Shown here: positions 36,333-46,553 of the stretch, piece after piece
Layout of the letters: each line of letters starts with the position of its first letter
How positions within the stretch are numbered: position 1 is the stretch's first letter
From: Myxococcota bacterium
GTDB lineage: Bacteria; Myxococcota_A; UBA796; CAJQPC01
Length of the DNA: 64,000 bases
Reading direction: 5' to 3'
Assembly (NCBI GenBank): GCA_036229005.1
Contig: JAZAMN010000043.1
Location: 74,569 to 138,568 of the forward strand
Program-made: the position numbers and the translations under genes
The notes under the pieces: model-generated
Told to the model about the DNA's origin: nothing
Seen by the model: only the letters and a program-made list of their open reading frames with translations
The model's database searches: none

Positions 36333-38138
36333 GTGGTGCTGATCGCGCTGATGCTTGGCTGCTCCGACTACAACCTGACGGGGGAGAACGACAACTCCGG
36401 CGGCCGCGACACCAGCGTGGTGACCGACCCCTGCGGCTTCGAGGGGACCCCGGTCCAGGCCCTCGAGATGGTGGAGGAGTGCGTGCCGGAGCCGGAGATC
36501 GGGGGCTGGACGCCGGTGATCGAGTGGAGCTCGACGGCCCCCGGAGACACCTACACCACCCCCGCAGTGGCGAACCTGACAGACGACAACGGGGACGGTG
36601 TGGTCGACCACGAGGACATCCCGGACGTGGTCGTGTCCAACGCAGTTGGGGTGACATGGGCGCTCAGCGGCGCGGACGGGACGCCGCTCTGGAACGTGCC
36701 CGGTGCCGGCTCAGAGCCGGCGAGTCCGGCCATCGGAGACGTGGACGGGGACGGGCTGCCCGAGGTGGTTGTGGGCGGCGGCGTCTCGGTGCGGGCGCTG
36801 GATGGGGCGACGGGGGCGGTGGAGTGGACGAGCACCCAGATGCCGACGGGACGCAGCCTGGTGTGTGGTGCCATTGGACTCTATGACCTCGACGGGAACG
36901 GGGAGATCGAGGTGGTGCTGGGCAACACGGTGCTCAACGGTTGGGACGGAAGCATGAGGAGCCGCGGTGGCTATGGAACCGGCTCAGGACACCCCTACGC
37001 GGCCTCCATGGGCGTGGCTGCGGACATCGACGGGGACGGCTCGCTGGAGGTGGTCACGGGCAACGCGCTCTACCGGCTCGACGGCAGCATCGTCTGGTAC
37101 AACGGGCAGAGCGATGGCTTCGTGGCGGTCGCGAACTTCGATGGCGACGACAAGGGCGAGATCGTGGTCGCGGACCAGGGGACGCTGCGCCTGCAGGATG
37201 ACGACGGCTCGGTGCTCTGGAGCAAGCCGGGGCTGACGGGCAGCACCATCGGGCCGCCCACGGTCGCGGACTTCGACAACGACGGGGAGCCGGAGATCGG
37301 GGTGGCCGGCAACGGCGTCTACAAGATGGTCGAGGGCGACGGGACCGTGCGCTGGACGCGCAGCACGCAGGACTACTCCTCGGGGTTCACCGGGAGCTCG
37401 GTGTTCGACTTCGAGGGGGACGGCGCGGCCGAGGTCGTGTACGCGGATGAAAACAGCGTGTGGGTCTTCTCGGGCGCGAACGGCGAGCCCAAGATGGAGG
37501 AGACCCGGCACAGCAGCGCGACCTGCAGCGAGTACCCGGTCATCGCGGACGTGGACAACGACGGGCACGCGGAGATCATCTACAGCTCCGGCGCCTACTC
37601 GGGGACGGAGACCGGCGTGACGGTCATCGGGGACTCCGAGGACTCCTGGCAGGCCGCGCGGCCGGTGTGGAACCAGCACACCTACAGCGTCACGCACATC
37701 GACGACGACGGGAAGGTGGTCAGCAACCCGGACACCAACTGGCTCAGCTACAACACCTTCCGCTCAGGCGACGAGGTGGCCGGGCAGGGCGGTGAGCTCG
37801 CGGACCTGGTCGCCGAGGTCCAGAACCTCTGTGAGGAGTGCGCCGACGACCGGGTGACCCTGAGCTACCGCGTGGGCAACCAGGGGCGCTGGGACTTTGA
37901 GGGCGCCATCGCGCTGGAGCTGCTGGTGGTGACGCCGGATGGCCAGCAGTCCCTGCACACCGAGGAGGTGGAGCTGAGCCTGGACATGGGCACCTGGGGG
38001 GCGACCCAGACCCTGGAGTTCGCGCCCGGGGGGCTGGACATCCGGGCCTTGGTCCTGCGGGTTCAGCCGGTCGGCGGGCTCGCGGAGTGCTCGGACGACA
38101 ACAACGAGGGGCTCCACACCGAGCGCGTCTGCGGGTAG
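36333..38138 (+). CDS. FG-GAP/VCBS-repeat lipoprotein with C-terminal CARDB-like domain
   Basis: LMLGC lipobox; many D.DGDG..E(I/V)V repeats; SSVFDFEGDG.AEVVYADE; WNQH.Y; EC...NN. Confidence 0.85.
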   Translation: MVLIALMLGCSDYNLTGENDNSGGRDTSVVTDPCGFEGTPVQALEMVEECVPEPEIGGWTPVIEWSSTAPGDTYTTPAVANLTDDNGDGVVDHEDIPDVVVSNAVGVTWALSGADGTPLWNVPGAGSEPASPAIGDVDGDGLPEVVVGGGVSVRALDGATGAVEWTSTQMPTGRSLVCGAIGLYDLDGNGEIEVVLGNTVLNGWDGSMRSRGGYGTGSGHPYAASMGVAADIDGDGSLEVVTGNALYRLDGSIVWYNGQSDGFVAVANFDGDDKGEIVVADQGTLRLQDDDGSVLWSKPGLTGSTIGPPTVADFDNDGEPEIGVAGNGVYKMVEGDGTVRWTRSTQDYSSGFTGSSVFDFEGDGAAEVVYADENSVWVFSGANGEPKMEETRHSSATCSEYPVIADVDNDGHAEIIYSSGAYSGTETGVTVIGDSEDSWQAARPVWNQHTYSVTHIDDDGKVVSNPDTNWLSYNTFRSGDEVAGQGGELADLVAEVQNLCEECADDRVTLSYRVGNQGRWDFEGAIALELLVVTPDGQQSLHTEEVELSLDMGTWGATQTLEFAPGGLDIRALVLRVQPVGGLAECSDDNNEGLHTERVCG

Positions 38139-38255
38139 CCCCGGGGAGCTCCACAGGGCGTCTGTGCAGGGGCCTTGGGGGCGGCTGCACAAAAACTCCC
38201 GGCCCGCCCCCGCCGGCGCTCCGGTTAGTGCTGCGGGCTGCTGGAGATCTCCCTC

Positions 38256-39599
38256 ATGGGCTTTGCGCTGATTGGACTCGCTGCCGCTGCGTTCGCTGCG
38301 GTCACCTGGTACGCCTGGACCGGCCACCTGGGCATGGTCGCCCTGGCCTCGCTGCTGGTGGCTGGCGTCACCTACTTCCTGGGCCGCCGCAAGATCGGCG
38401 CGGACACCCGCAAGCGCATCGACATGGTGGCGAAGATCCTCTTCACCATCGTGGGCTGCATGGCGCTGCTGCGGCACCCCATCCCCGTGGGCGAGAGCGG
38501 CGAAGAGCTGCCGATCTACGACGCGATCTCCGAGTACATCACCCAGGTGGACGCCACCACCTTCTTCACCTTCGCCGTGGTCGCGATGGTCGTGAAGTTC
38601 GTCGGCGTCATCTCCTCCGCCTTCGCCTGGAACCTGCTGCTCAAGGGCCAGGGGGTGCGCTACCCCTTCTGGTCCAAGATCATGACGGCCTTCCTGATCG
38701 GGCGCTTCATCGGCACCTTCCTGCCCAGCACCATCGGCCTGGACGGCTACACCCTGTATGAGGCCGGGCGCTACTCCAACCAGTGGGCGCGGGTCATCAC
38801 CGCCAAGGCGCTGGAGAAGTTCATCGGCGTGGCCGGCCTGTTCCTGGGGATGGTCCTGACCCTGCCCTTTGGCTACCAGGTGCTGGTCGACGTGGCGGAC
38901 GACAAGGCCCCCATCCTGGCCGCCATCATCGGCAGCGTGGCCGGCGGTGTGTGCCTGGTGGTCATCATCGGCCTGGTCTGGCCGGTGTTCATCGTCGGCA
39001 TCATGCGCATCATCGAGAAGATCGCCGGCGGCATCGTGGGCTTCATCCCGCCCCTCAAGAAGGTGAGCGACAAGGTCCTGGGCATGCTCTCGGACTTCAC
39101 CAACTCCGTGGGCGCCTACAAGGGCCAGGCCGGGCTGCTCTTCTCGGCCCTGTTCATGAAGTTCATCACCCACTTCACCACCGCGGCCGTGTACTTCTTC
39201 ACCGCGCTGGCCATCGGGGTGACCACCGCCAAGTTCTGGCCCATCACCTTCGGGTCCACCATCCAGATCCTGGCCACCCTCTTCTCGCCGACCATCGCGG
39301 GTGAGGGCGCCCGCGAGGCCTTCCAGGCCCTGCTGCTCTCCAACCAGCTCGGCGGCACCGCGCAGGCCGTGCTCTCCGGCGCCCTGGGCTTCATCGCCGC
39401 CGAGGCAGCCACCATGTGGGGCGGGGCCTTCCTGTGGACCCGCAAGCCCGGCTGGCGCCCCCGCTTTGCCGAGGTGGACGGCGCCCAGGTCGACTACGCC
39501 TGGATCAACGACGACGAGGACGGCGGCTTCGACGCGGACAAGATCGCGAAGATCCGGGCCGAGGAGGCCGCGAAGGCCCGGGAGTCCAAGGAGGGCTGA
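38256..39599 (+). CDS. Lysylphosphatidylglycerol-synthase TM / flippase-like membrane protein (UPF0104-like)
   Basis: W..LL..QG; IGRFIGTFLPS.IG.DG; P..AG.GAREA; multiple TMs. Confidence 0.75.
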   Translation: MGFALIGLAAAAFAAVTWYAWTGHLGMVALASLLVAGVTYFLGRRKIGADTRKRIDMVAKILFTIVGCMALLRHPIPVGESGEELPIYDAISEYITQVDATTFFTFAVVAMVVKFVGVISSAFAWNLLLKGQGVRYPFWSKIMTAFLIGRFIGTFLPSTIGLDGYTLYEAGRYSNQWARVITAKALEKFIGVAGLFLGMVLTLPFGYQVLVDVADDKAPILAAIIGSVAGGVCLVVIIGLVWPVFIVGIMRIIEKIAGGIVGFIPPLKKVSDKVLGMLSDFTNSVGAYKGQAGLLFSALFMKFITHFTTAAVYFFTALAIGVTTAKFWPITFGSTIQILATLFSPTIAGEGAREAFQALLLSNQLGGTAQAVLSGALGFIAAEAATMWGGAFLWTRKPGWRPRFAEVDGAQVDYAWINDDEDGGFDADKIAKIRAEEAAKARESKEG

Positions 39600-39701
39600 G
39601 TCCGCCCCCAGGGCGCATCGGAGCTCCCTGAGAGATTGGCGCAGGGTTCGCCTGCGCGACTGCGGGCCTAATTCTGGGACTCCAAGACCACAGGAGCTCC
39701 C

Positions 39702-41300
39702 ATGAACCGCATCCTCCGCAACACCGCGACCCTGATGGGCCTCGCCCTGCTCGCCAGCGCCGCGACCCCCATCGCGCAAGAGGCGGGGCTGTCCGTCGAC
39801 CGCGGCCAGGCCCAGGCCGCGAACATCCGCAAGACCCGAATCAAGCAGCGCAACAACGGCCTGTACAAGTCGGTGCTGCGGGTGGAGACGGGGAGCGGGG
39901 AGAGCCTGCCGGCCTCGGTCGAGCTGGCGTTCCAGCCCCTGGACGACAGCAGCGGGAGCGTGGACACCCAGACCCTGAGCGCCCCCAGCAAGGGCACGGT
40001 GCTCACCAGCGCGGAGATGCTGCTCTACGCGAACGCGGAGCTGGAGGACAGCCCCGGCTACGCCTTCCTGATCACCCGCCGGGCGGCCTCGGGGGCAGCG
40101 ATCGGGGAGTCCATCAGCGTGAGCGTGGACCTGCTCGACGGCGTGAGCGGCGAGGGCTTCTTTGAGTTCGAGGGCGGCGCGGGCGTGGTCAGCGTGACCG
40201 ACGCGACGGCCTACGTGGGCGAGGACGCCGAGCCCGGCGTGGACCCCAGCCTGGTGCAGGTGGACTTCGAGTTCGAGAGCTGGGACAAGGAGAACATCGA
40301 CTCCGTGGACATCCAGCTTGTGTCCCTGTCGGGCAGCGCGGACGCCTACGAGAAGGAGGTCACCGCCGAGCTGGACGGCAGCACGCTGGTCTACAAGGCC
40401 GACCTGGGCGCGGACATCGGCGGCGGGCGCTACCAGACCGACATCACGCTCTACGATGACGGCGGCAAGGAGCTCGAGTCGGGCTCGGTCTTCCTGCCGG
40501 CGGACGGCGCCGATCTGGCGGGCTCCATCAGCTACCTCAAGGTGAAGGACACCACCAAGAAGGAGTCGCCGGCCATCCGCGTCACCACCCGCCTGAGCTG
40601 GAGCAGCGAGGCCTCGCTGAGCTACGAGGCCTTCCTGGCCGGCGGCCAGAAGGTGGTCATCCAGGACGCAGACGGGACGCGCCTGGCCTCCCAGACCCCC
40701 GAGTTCGTCGCGGACCGCATCGTCGTCGAGGCCACCCAGGAGATGGAGGAGGATCCCTTCGCCTTCGCGGAGCAGGAGGGCGGCTACGAGGTCGAGCTGG
40801 GCGTGACCGTCTGGGATGAGACCGGTGAGCTGGACAGCGAGACCTACGAGCTGGTCCTGGACCTCGCGGACGTCCAGGAGGGCAAGGTCTACGACTACGA
40901 GTCCCCCTACGGCGAGGAGTTCGTCAACGCGGAGCCCCACAAGTGGGCCCTGCACTGGGACGAGGAGAGCAGCCAGCTCGTGCTCGGGCTCTCCTTCTCC
41001 GGCGACACCCCCTTCCTGTCCATGGAGGACCTGGAGGAGCGCCTGTCCTGGGACCTGGACTTCACCGGCGCCTACCCGAACAACGGCGGCGACAGCGCGG
41101 CGGATCTGAGCGCCGTCTGGGGCAACGCCAAGGGCAGCAAGGTCGTGGTCGACGCGGCCGGACAGACCTACGGGGTCTCCATCTCGGGGCCCGACGGCGA
41201 CGACATCGACGTCTCCGCGACCGCGGGCGTCAACGGCTTCGGCAGCGGCACCAAGAAGGCCAGCAGCAGCACCGCTGCGGCCCGCCCCGAGCTCCAGTAG
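39702..41300 (+). CDS. Secreted acidic beta-rich hypothetical protein
   Basis: AGGAG RBS; Sec signal MNRILRNTATLMGLALLASA; strong codon bias. Confidence 0.75.
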   Translation: MNRILRNTATLMGLALLASAATPIAQEAGLSVDRGQAQAANIRKTRIKQRNNGLYKSVLRVETGSGESLPASVELAFQPLDDSSGSVDTQTLSAPSKGTVLTSAEMLLYANAELEDSPGYAFLITRRAASGAAIGESISVSVDLLDGVSGEGFFEFEGGAGVVSVTDATAYVGEDAEPGVDPSLVQVDFEFESWDKENIDSVDIQLVSLSGSADAYEKEVTAELDGSTLVYKADLGADIGGGRYQTDITLYDDGGKELESGSVFLPADGADLAGSISYLKVKDTTKKESPAIRVTTRLSWSSEASLSYEAFLAGGQKVVIQDADGTRLASQTPEFVADRIVVEATQEMEEDPFAFAEQEGGYEVELGVTVWDETGELDSETYELVLDLADVQEGKVYDYESPYGEEFVNAEPHKWALHWDEESSQLVLGLSFSGDTPFLSMEDLEERLSWDLDFTGAYPNNGGDSAADLSAVWGNAKGSKVVVDAAGQTYGVSISGPDGDDIDVSATAGVNGFGSGTKKASSSTAAARPELQ

Positions 41301-41423
41301 GTCCTCGCTTGCGCTCCCCCGTGCTGCGGTGTGGGGGGGCATCCCAAGGCGGGGAGGTGGGCCCAGGTTGTCGTGTGCCGGGGCCCCCTCCTCGCCGACC
41401 CCGAAAGGGTGTAGACTGCCGTC

Positions 41424-42275
41424 ATGCTCCTGCTCCTCGCCACCTCCGCCCTCGCCGCCTGGCCTGACGACGTCACGCTCAGCAACCTGGCGACCAAGGG
41501 CGACACCCCCGTCCTGGACCCGGCCGACAACCGCGACGCCTACGACACGGTGCTCCGTGAGCTCGGCGTGGCCATCGCCAACAAGCCCATGTACGCCGCG
41601 GAGTCCCTGGGCCCCGACGGCTTCGAGGTCGGCGTGATGACCACCATCGGCTTCCACAGCGCCGCCACCGACGAGATCGGCGAGTACGCGCCCTGGGAGC
41701 GGGTGGACGCCGACGGCGACCCCGGGGACGTGCTGCTGGTCCCCTGGATCATGGTCCGCAAGGGCCTGCTCCCCAGCCTGGACGTGGGCGCCAACCTGGG
41801 CTGGGTGGGCATGTCCCGCCAGACCGCCGTGGGTGGCTACGCGCGCCTGACCCCGCTGGAGGGCTACCACAACGCCCCCGATCTGGCCTTCCAGGTCGGC
41901 TACAGCGGCTACGTCGGCAACAACGAGCTGGAGCTGGGCGTGCTCGACTGGTCCGGCACCATCTCCTACAGCCTGCCCTTCGGCGCGCTCCAGGGCATCA
42001 ACAACGCCCGCTTCGCGCCCTTCGCCGGCGTCGGCCAGCTCATCATGCACGGCCAGCCCCGCCTCAGCGACGAGCAGAGCGCTGATCTGGGCCTGCGCCC
42101 GGTCTCGGGCTTCACCGGCTCCGAGGTCTACGACGCCAGCGACCCCCAGTGGCGCCAGCTCCAGGTGCACGGCGGCTTCATGCTGGTCAACCGCGGCTTC
42201 CACTTCCGCGCGGGCACCGCCTGGACCCCCCAGACCATGCCCACCATCAACCTGGGCCTGGGCTTCACATACTGA
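41424..42275 (+). CDS. Probable outer-membrane beta-barrel protein
   Basis: Short signal peptide; amphipathic strands; C-terminal INLGLGFTY beta-signal. Confidence 0.65.
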   Translation: MLLLLATSALAAWPDDVTLSNLATKGDTPVLDPADNRDAYDTVLRELGVAIANKPMYAAESLGPDGFEVGVMTTIGFHSAATDEIGEYAPWERVDADGDPGDVLLVPWIMVRKGLLPSLDVGANLGWVGMSRQTAVGGYARLTPLEGYHNAPDLAFQVGYSGYVGNNELELGVLDWSGTISYSLPFGALQGINNARFAPFAGVGQLIMHGQPRLSDEQSADLGLRPVSGFTGSEVYDASDPQWRQLQVHGGFMLVNRGFHFRAGTAWTPQTMPTINLGLGFTY

Positions 42276-44548
42276 CGCCCCTCGCTTGGGCCGGGGTGGC
42301 GCTGGGTGCGCAGCTTGAGCTGAGCGCGACGGTGGACCCCGATCTCCGGGGGCTGAGCGGCCAGCTCCTCCATCCCCCTGGGCTGGCGCTGGATTCGGCT
42401 TTGGAGCGGCTCCCGGGCCCTCAGGACGACCTGGTCCACCGCCGGACCTACCCGGGTGCACAAGACGACGGAGAGCTGGTCTTTGCCAGCGAGGACACCG
42501 TCACCACCTTCCAGACCCGCCTGCCACATCGCTACGGCGCGCTGGGCTGGGAGCGCGGGCGGGGGCTCTGGGGGAACGGCGGGTGGTATCCGCAGCCGCT
42601 CCCCGCGGAGGAGGGCCAGCCCCTCGACATCCACGACTGGACGGTCACTTTGGAGCTGCCCCCGGGCACGGTCGGCGTGCTCAACGGTCAGGCGGGGGAG
42701 GGGACCCTGCGCTGGGAGGGCCCGGCCGAGCGCCTGTCCATCGCGGTGCTCGCCAAGGGGCGCCTGGAGGAGCTGACTCCCGGGCTCTGGCTGCTCGCCG
42801 ATGGACCTCGCCGGCCCCGTCGGGACGCTGCCCTGGTCGCTCTTGCTGCGCTGATGCCCGCGGATGCCCGCCCCACCGTGGTCGTGGAGGCGCCCCAGTA
42901 CCGCCGCCTGGTGCGCACGGGACCGGGCGTGCTCTACCTGAGCGACGCCGCGTGGCGGACCCCCGAGGCGCTGTGGCGCTTCCACAACCAGGCCGTGCTC
43001 GAGGGGCTGCTGGCCGCCAGCCTGGACCACCCTCTGCGCCTGCTGCGGGGCCTCTACGCTGCCGCCCGTGTCCCCACCCTGGAGAGCGAGCTCCAGAGCG
43101 CCAGCGCCGATCAGGTCCTGCGCTTCGCCGCCTTCCTGCCGCTGGTGGACATGCTGCTCTACAGCGGGCGGGTGCCCTTCCACGCCGAGCTCTTTGACGA
43201 GGTGCACCCCGGCGACCCCCTCCGCGACGACCTGTCTGAGCTCTACTCGGGCGAGCTGGATCCTGGTGTCCTTGCCGTCAAGGTCGATGATCGAGAGGGG
43301 GCGGGCACCGCCTGGGCCTGGGTGCAGGAGTGGTTGGCCCAGGACTCCGAGGTCGCCGAGATCCGCGCCTCCCTGAGCCCCTGGCTGGGGCCCTGGCCGG
43401 AGCAGGATCTGGTGATGGACGTGCGCCAGGATGGCGAGCAGTGGGGGGTGGCCCTGGAGCGCCTCACCGCCGAGAACGCCCCCGCCGAGTCCGTCCCGAT
43501 CAGCATCGACGGGCAGCTCCAGACCTGGCAGACCCAGCCCGGGCCGGACAGCGCGTGGATCCCCCTGCAGGCGCGGCCCGACGCGGTGCGCCTGGACCCC
43601 GACGGACACCTCCAGCAGACAGACCGCTCGGGCGAGCGCTGGCCGGGTGGCTGGACCGTCGTGGGGACCGCCGCGCCCACCGCCTACGACCTCAGTCAGG
43701 GGATTCTGTACGGCTCGGCAAACCTGCGCTTTCGGCGGCGCTATGACACGCGCAACCTCTACACCGGGTCGGCCAGCATCGGCGCCCAGGACCGCCTGCG
43801 CCTCCAGGGGGGCTACGCGCGCTACTTTGGCCCTCTGACCGACCGGCGGACGCGCGCCGGCTACGCCTATTTGTGGACCGGCGGCGCCTGGCTCTCCCCG
43901 GCCTACCGCGCCCGCGTCGACGGCCGCTACACCCTGGAGTCCGGCCTTACCCTGAGCTGGGACACCCGCGTGGACTGGCGCTTCCCCCTCCATGGCCACC
44001 GCCTGCGCGCCAGCATCGACGGTGGCGTCGTCCCCGAGAGCGGCCACCGCTGGGTGGGCACGCAGCTCAGCGCCATGCAGCTCTGGGCGCCCCACCCCCG
44101 GATCGTCCTGGCCGGCACCCTCAGCGGCGGCGTCACCACCGGCCAGGTCCAGCACCGCCTGCTCTCCCTGGGCGGCCCCATGCTCTCGGTCCCCCCCGGC
44201 CGGGTCGTCGGGCAGTCGCGGGCCGTCGCCGCCGCCGAGCTCCGGGTCCTGGCCGCCAAGAACCTCAGCGTGCCCCTGCTCTGGCTCTACTGGCTTGACG
44301 AGGTGCAGCTCACCGGCGGCCTTGAAGCGGGGGTGGTCCACCACGCCTCCCTGGTTGACGCTGGCCAGATCTCTGCGCTTGGCGGCCAATACGAGGCCAT
44401 CGGGGCGCGCGGCGCCGTGCTGCTCACCATGGACGGACTTGGCGCCATCCCCTGGACCTGCGGGATGACCGTCGGCGTGCCCCTGTCCGCGAGCGCGGGG
44501 CTGGAAGCCGGTCCGCAGCTCGGCGTGGTGCTCGGGCAGAACTTCTGA
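42272..44548 (+). CDS. M1-aminopeptidase-like N-terminal region fused to an Omp85/BamA-type barrel (start uncertain)
   Basis: NGGWYPQP and V.LDP...L.Q.DR...R motifs of the M1 fold; C-terminal barrel with AAAELR, ending LGQNF. Confidence 0.55.
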   Translation: MTPLAWAGVALGAQLELSATVDPDLRGLSGQLLHPPGLALDSALERLPGPQDDLVHRRTYPGAQDDGELVFASEDTVTTFQTRLPHRYGALGWERGRGLWGNGGWYPQPLPAEEGQPLDIHDWTVTLELPPGTVGVLNGQAGEGTLRWEGPAERLSIAVLAKGRLEELTPGLWLLADGPRRPRRDAALVALAALMPADARPTVVVEAPQYRRLVRTGPGVLYLSDAAWRTPEALWRFHNQAVLEGLLAASLDHPLRLLRGLYAAARVPTLESELQSASADQVLRFAAFLPLVDMLLYSGRVPFHAELFDEVHPGDPLRDDLSELYSGELDPGVLAVKVDDREGAGTAWAWVQEWLAQDSEVAEIRASLSPWLGPWPEQDLVMDVRQDGEQWGVALERLTAENAPAESVPISIDGQLQTWQTQPGPDSAWIPLQARPDAVRLDPDGHLQQTDRSGERWPGGWTVVGTAAPTAYDLSQGILYGSANLRFRRRYDTRNLYTGSASIGAQDRLRLQGGYARYFGPLTDRRTRAGYAYLWTGGAWLSPAYRARVDGRYTLESGLTLSWDTRVDWRFPLHGHRLRASIDGGVVPESGHRWVGTQLSAMQLWAPHPRIVLAGTLSGGVTTGQVQHRLLSLGGPMLSVPPGRVVGQSRAVAAAELRVLAAKNLSVPLLWLYWLDEVQLTGGLEAGVVHHASLVDAGQISALGGQYEAIGARGAVLLTMDGLGAIPWTCGMTVGVPLSASAGLEAGPQLGVVLGQNF

Positions 44549-44549
44549 C

Positions 44550-44696
44550 GCGCAAACCGGGGTGAGTGGGACGATCCGGCGCGCAACCCCGACCGAATGC
44601 ACCAGTCGCCTGCGCAACCCCGACCGAATGCACCCGTCGCCTGCGCAACCCCGACCGAATGCACCAGCCGCCTGCGAAACCCCGACCGAATGCACC
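44550..44696 (+). repeat. 31-bp-period tandem array (units at 44550, 44581, 44612, 44643, 44674), core GCGCAACCCCGACCGAATGCACC
   Basis: Units read directly from the sequence; the first is a variant, the last is partial. Confidence 0.9.
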
Positions 44697-44744
44697 AAAA
44701 ACCCGGCCGGTCGGGCCTCTGAGGCCGCGATGTTGGCCCGAGAT

Positions 44745-44891
44745 GGTGCACTCACCCCCGGTTGAGCACGCCAACGGTGCACTCACCCCTGGTTGAGGAC
44801 GCCCGTGGTGCACTCACCAACGGTTGAGCACGCCCATGGTGCACTCACCCCCGGTTGAGCACGCCAACGGTGCACTCACCCCGGGTTGCGC
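44745..44891 (-). repeat. Second 31-bp-period array, inverted (units at 44745, 44776, 44807, 44838, 44869), + strand core GGTGCACTCACCCCCGGTTGAGC
   Basis: Units read directly; the core is related to the reverse complement of the first array. Confidence 0.9.
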
Positions 44892-45334
44892 TACTCCACC
44901 GCCTTCTTGGTGGAGCGCCGCCCCTTGAGCGCCGGCCCCTGCGAGGGACCACCCGGCACCTGCGACTGGATGTAGGGCACAACGCACGCCGTCGTCCCCT
45001 TGTCCGCCGTGCCGGACACACCCACCGCGCACAGCTCCTTGCAGGGAATCGCGGACGTGCACTCGTAGACGGACGCAGGCAGTGTCGTCATGCTCGCTGC
45101 CCCCTTGCACTGCTCCAGCCCCTGGTCCTCGCTGCAGCCGCAGTGCTCCAGGTGCAGGCAGTGGTTGTGGATCGCCTTGGCTCGGGCGGCGTCGGCGGCC
45201 TCTTCCTCGGCGGAGGTGGCCGGCTTCTCGGCGGGCTCCGGGGCGGGGTCCACGACCTCGACGGGCGTCTGCGCGGGCGCTGCCGGGGTTTGGGGCTCGG
45301 GCGAAGAACAGGCGATGGCGATCAGCAGGAGCAT
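44891..45334 (-). CDS. Small Cys-rich lipoprotein
   Basis: MLLLIAIAC; Pro/Ala linker; C.HL..CGC...C...C...C..LC...C. Confidence 0.75.
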   Translation of the reverse strand: MLLLIAIACSSPEPQTPAAPAQTPVEVVDPAPEPAEKPATSAEEEAADAARAKAIHNHCLHLEHCGCSEDQGLEQCKGAASMTTLPASVYECTSAIPCKELCAVGVSGTADKGTTACVVPYIQSQVPGGPSQGPALKGRRSTKKAVE

Positions 45335-45343
45335 GCCCGCAGA

Positions 45344-46531
45344 CTACACCCCCCGGCGCCGCGCCTGCACCAGCAGGTTGCGCGGGCTCATCTGCGGCGC
45401 GCAGAAGGTGCCCAGGGTCACCTGAAAGCCCAGCTCCTCCAGCCAGAGCACCCGGTCCAGGGTCATCCACAGCTCCAGAGGCCGCCGGAAGGGGGCGCGC
45501 ACCACGCCCAGGGCCCGCCGGCGCCACATCAGCGCCTCGGCGCGCTCCAGCAGCCCCGGCGGCAAGGGATCCGGCAGGCTGTGCCCTTCGCGCTCGGCGA
45601 GCCGCGCCGCCCACTCCGAGAAGGGCAGCAGCACCCAGCTCTCCGGGGTCGCCCGGAAGGTCCCTGGGATAAGCATCTGGTAGGCCAGCCGGTAGACCAT
45701 CTTGTTCTCGCGTACCCGGCGCACCCGCTCCCCGCCGACCACCTGCTGGGCGGTGCTCAGGCGCAGCGCCGGCTCCTCCAGCGCGCCCAGTCGACTCAAG
45801 GCCCGCGCCTGCGACGAGCGCAGCGTGTAGCGCTTGTCCGGCCGCTTGTGGTGGCAGCAGGGGGAGAAGAAGAGGCTGGGGAGCCCCTGCGCGCTGGCCT
45901 CTTCCACCGCCCGGTCCGTGAGGAACCCGCACGCATGCAGCGCGATCAGGCTCGCCGCCGAGGACAGGCTGGGCCGCTCCGCCAGCACGTCCACGCTGTG
46001 CGCGCGGAGCGGGACCTCCAGGATGCCCGCGACCCGCTCGGCCTCTGCGCACAGGGGGGCCTGCAGCTCGTAGCTCTGGACCCTGAGCGTCCGCCCGCGC
46101 TCGGCGGCCAGCAGCGACAGCGTGCGACCCAGGTGCGCCTTGCCCGCGCACCAGTCGGCGACCTCATCGCCCGGCAGGTGGGGCAGCACCGCCCCCGAGA
46201 AGGCCAGGATCTGCTCCTGCTTGCGGCCACCCACCCCCCGCATCCAGCGCGCCCGGGCCTCCACCGGGGCGCCCCCGCAGTCGGGCAGCTCGCAGAGCGC
46301 CTGGGCCTGATCACTGAGCCCGCGCAGCAGCGGCGGGGCGTCGGGGGCTTGCCCGGCCGCTTCCTCCCAGGTGCGTACCCAGGCGGCGCCCCGCGCCGCC
46401 AGCCAGGCGTGGAGCTCGGGGTGCTGGGTCCTCCACGGGTCCTCGCCGTGAAAGGGCCGGGGCTCCCAGAGCGGCCGGTGCTGGGCCAGGAAGGCGTCCA
46501 GGGCCTGGAATCGCGAGAGGTGGGTCTGCAC
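45344..46531 (-). CDS. Class I SAM-dependent methyltransferase (Methyltransf_32-like)
   Basis: RK..QI..F; DWCAGKAHLGR; ALHACG.L; PCC; RRPLELW..LDR; SPRN. Confidence 0.85.
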   Translation of the reverse strand: MQTHLSRFQALDAFLAQHRPLWEPRPFHGEDPWRTQHPELHAWLAARGAAWVRTWEEAAGQAPDAPPLLRGLSDQAQALCELPDCGGAPVEARARWMRGVGGRKQEQILAFSGAVLPHLPGDEVADWCAGKAHLGRTLSLLAAERGRTLRVQSYELQAPLCAEAERVAGILEVPLRAHSVDVLAERPSLSSAASLIALHACGFLTDRAVEEASAQGLPSLFFSPCCHHKRPDKRYTLRSSQARALSRLGALEEPALRLSTAQQVVGGERVRRVRENKMVYRLAYQMLIPGTFRATPESWVLLPFSEWAARLAEREGHSLPDPLPPGLLERAEALMWRRRALGVVRAPFRRPLELWMTLDRVLWLEELGFQVTLGTFCAPQMSPRNLLVQARRRGV

Positions 46532-46553
46532 CGGCGTCGGCTAACCTGTGGGC

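Noticed and set aside
39637..39652. Sigma54 promoter TGGCGCAGGGTTCGC upstream of 39702
   Set aside because: GG-N10-GC spacing is right but the match is weak for GC-rich DNA and no enhancer palindrome was seen.
37764..42461. Very long antisense ORFs (1565 aa here; also 884-4102, 48305-51559, 24661-27267, 18263-20959, 42128-44782)
   Set aside because: These are shadow frames of high-GC3 genes on the opposite strand, with no motifs of their own.
44550..44891. CRISPR array
   Set aside because: The variable segments are only about 8 nt, the two halves are inverted, and no cas genes are in the window.
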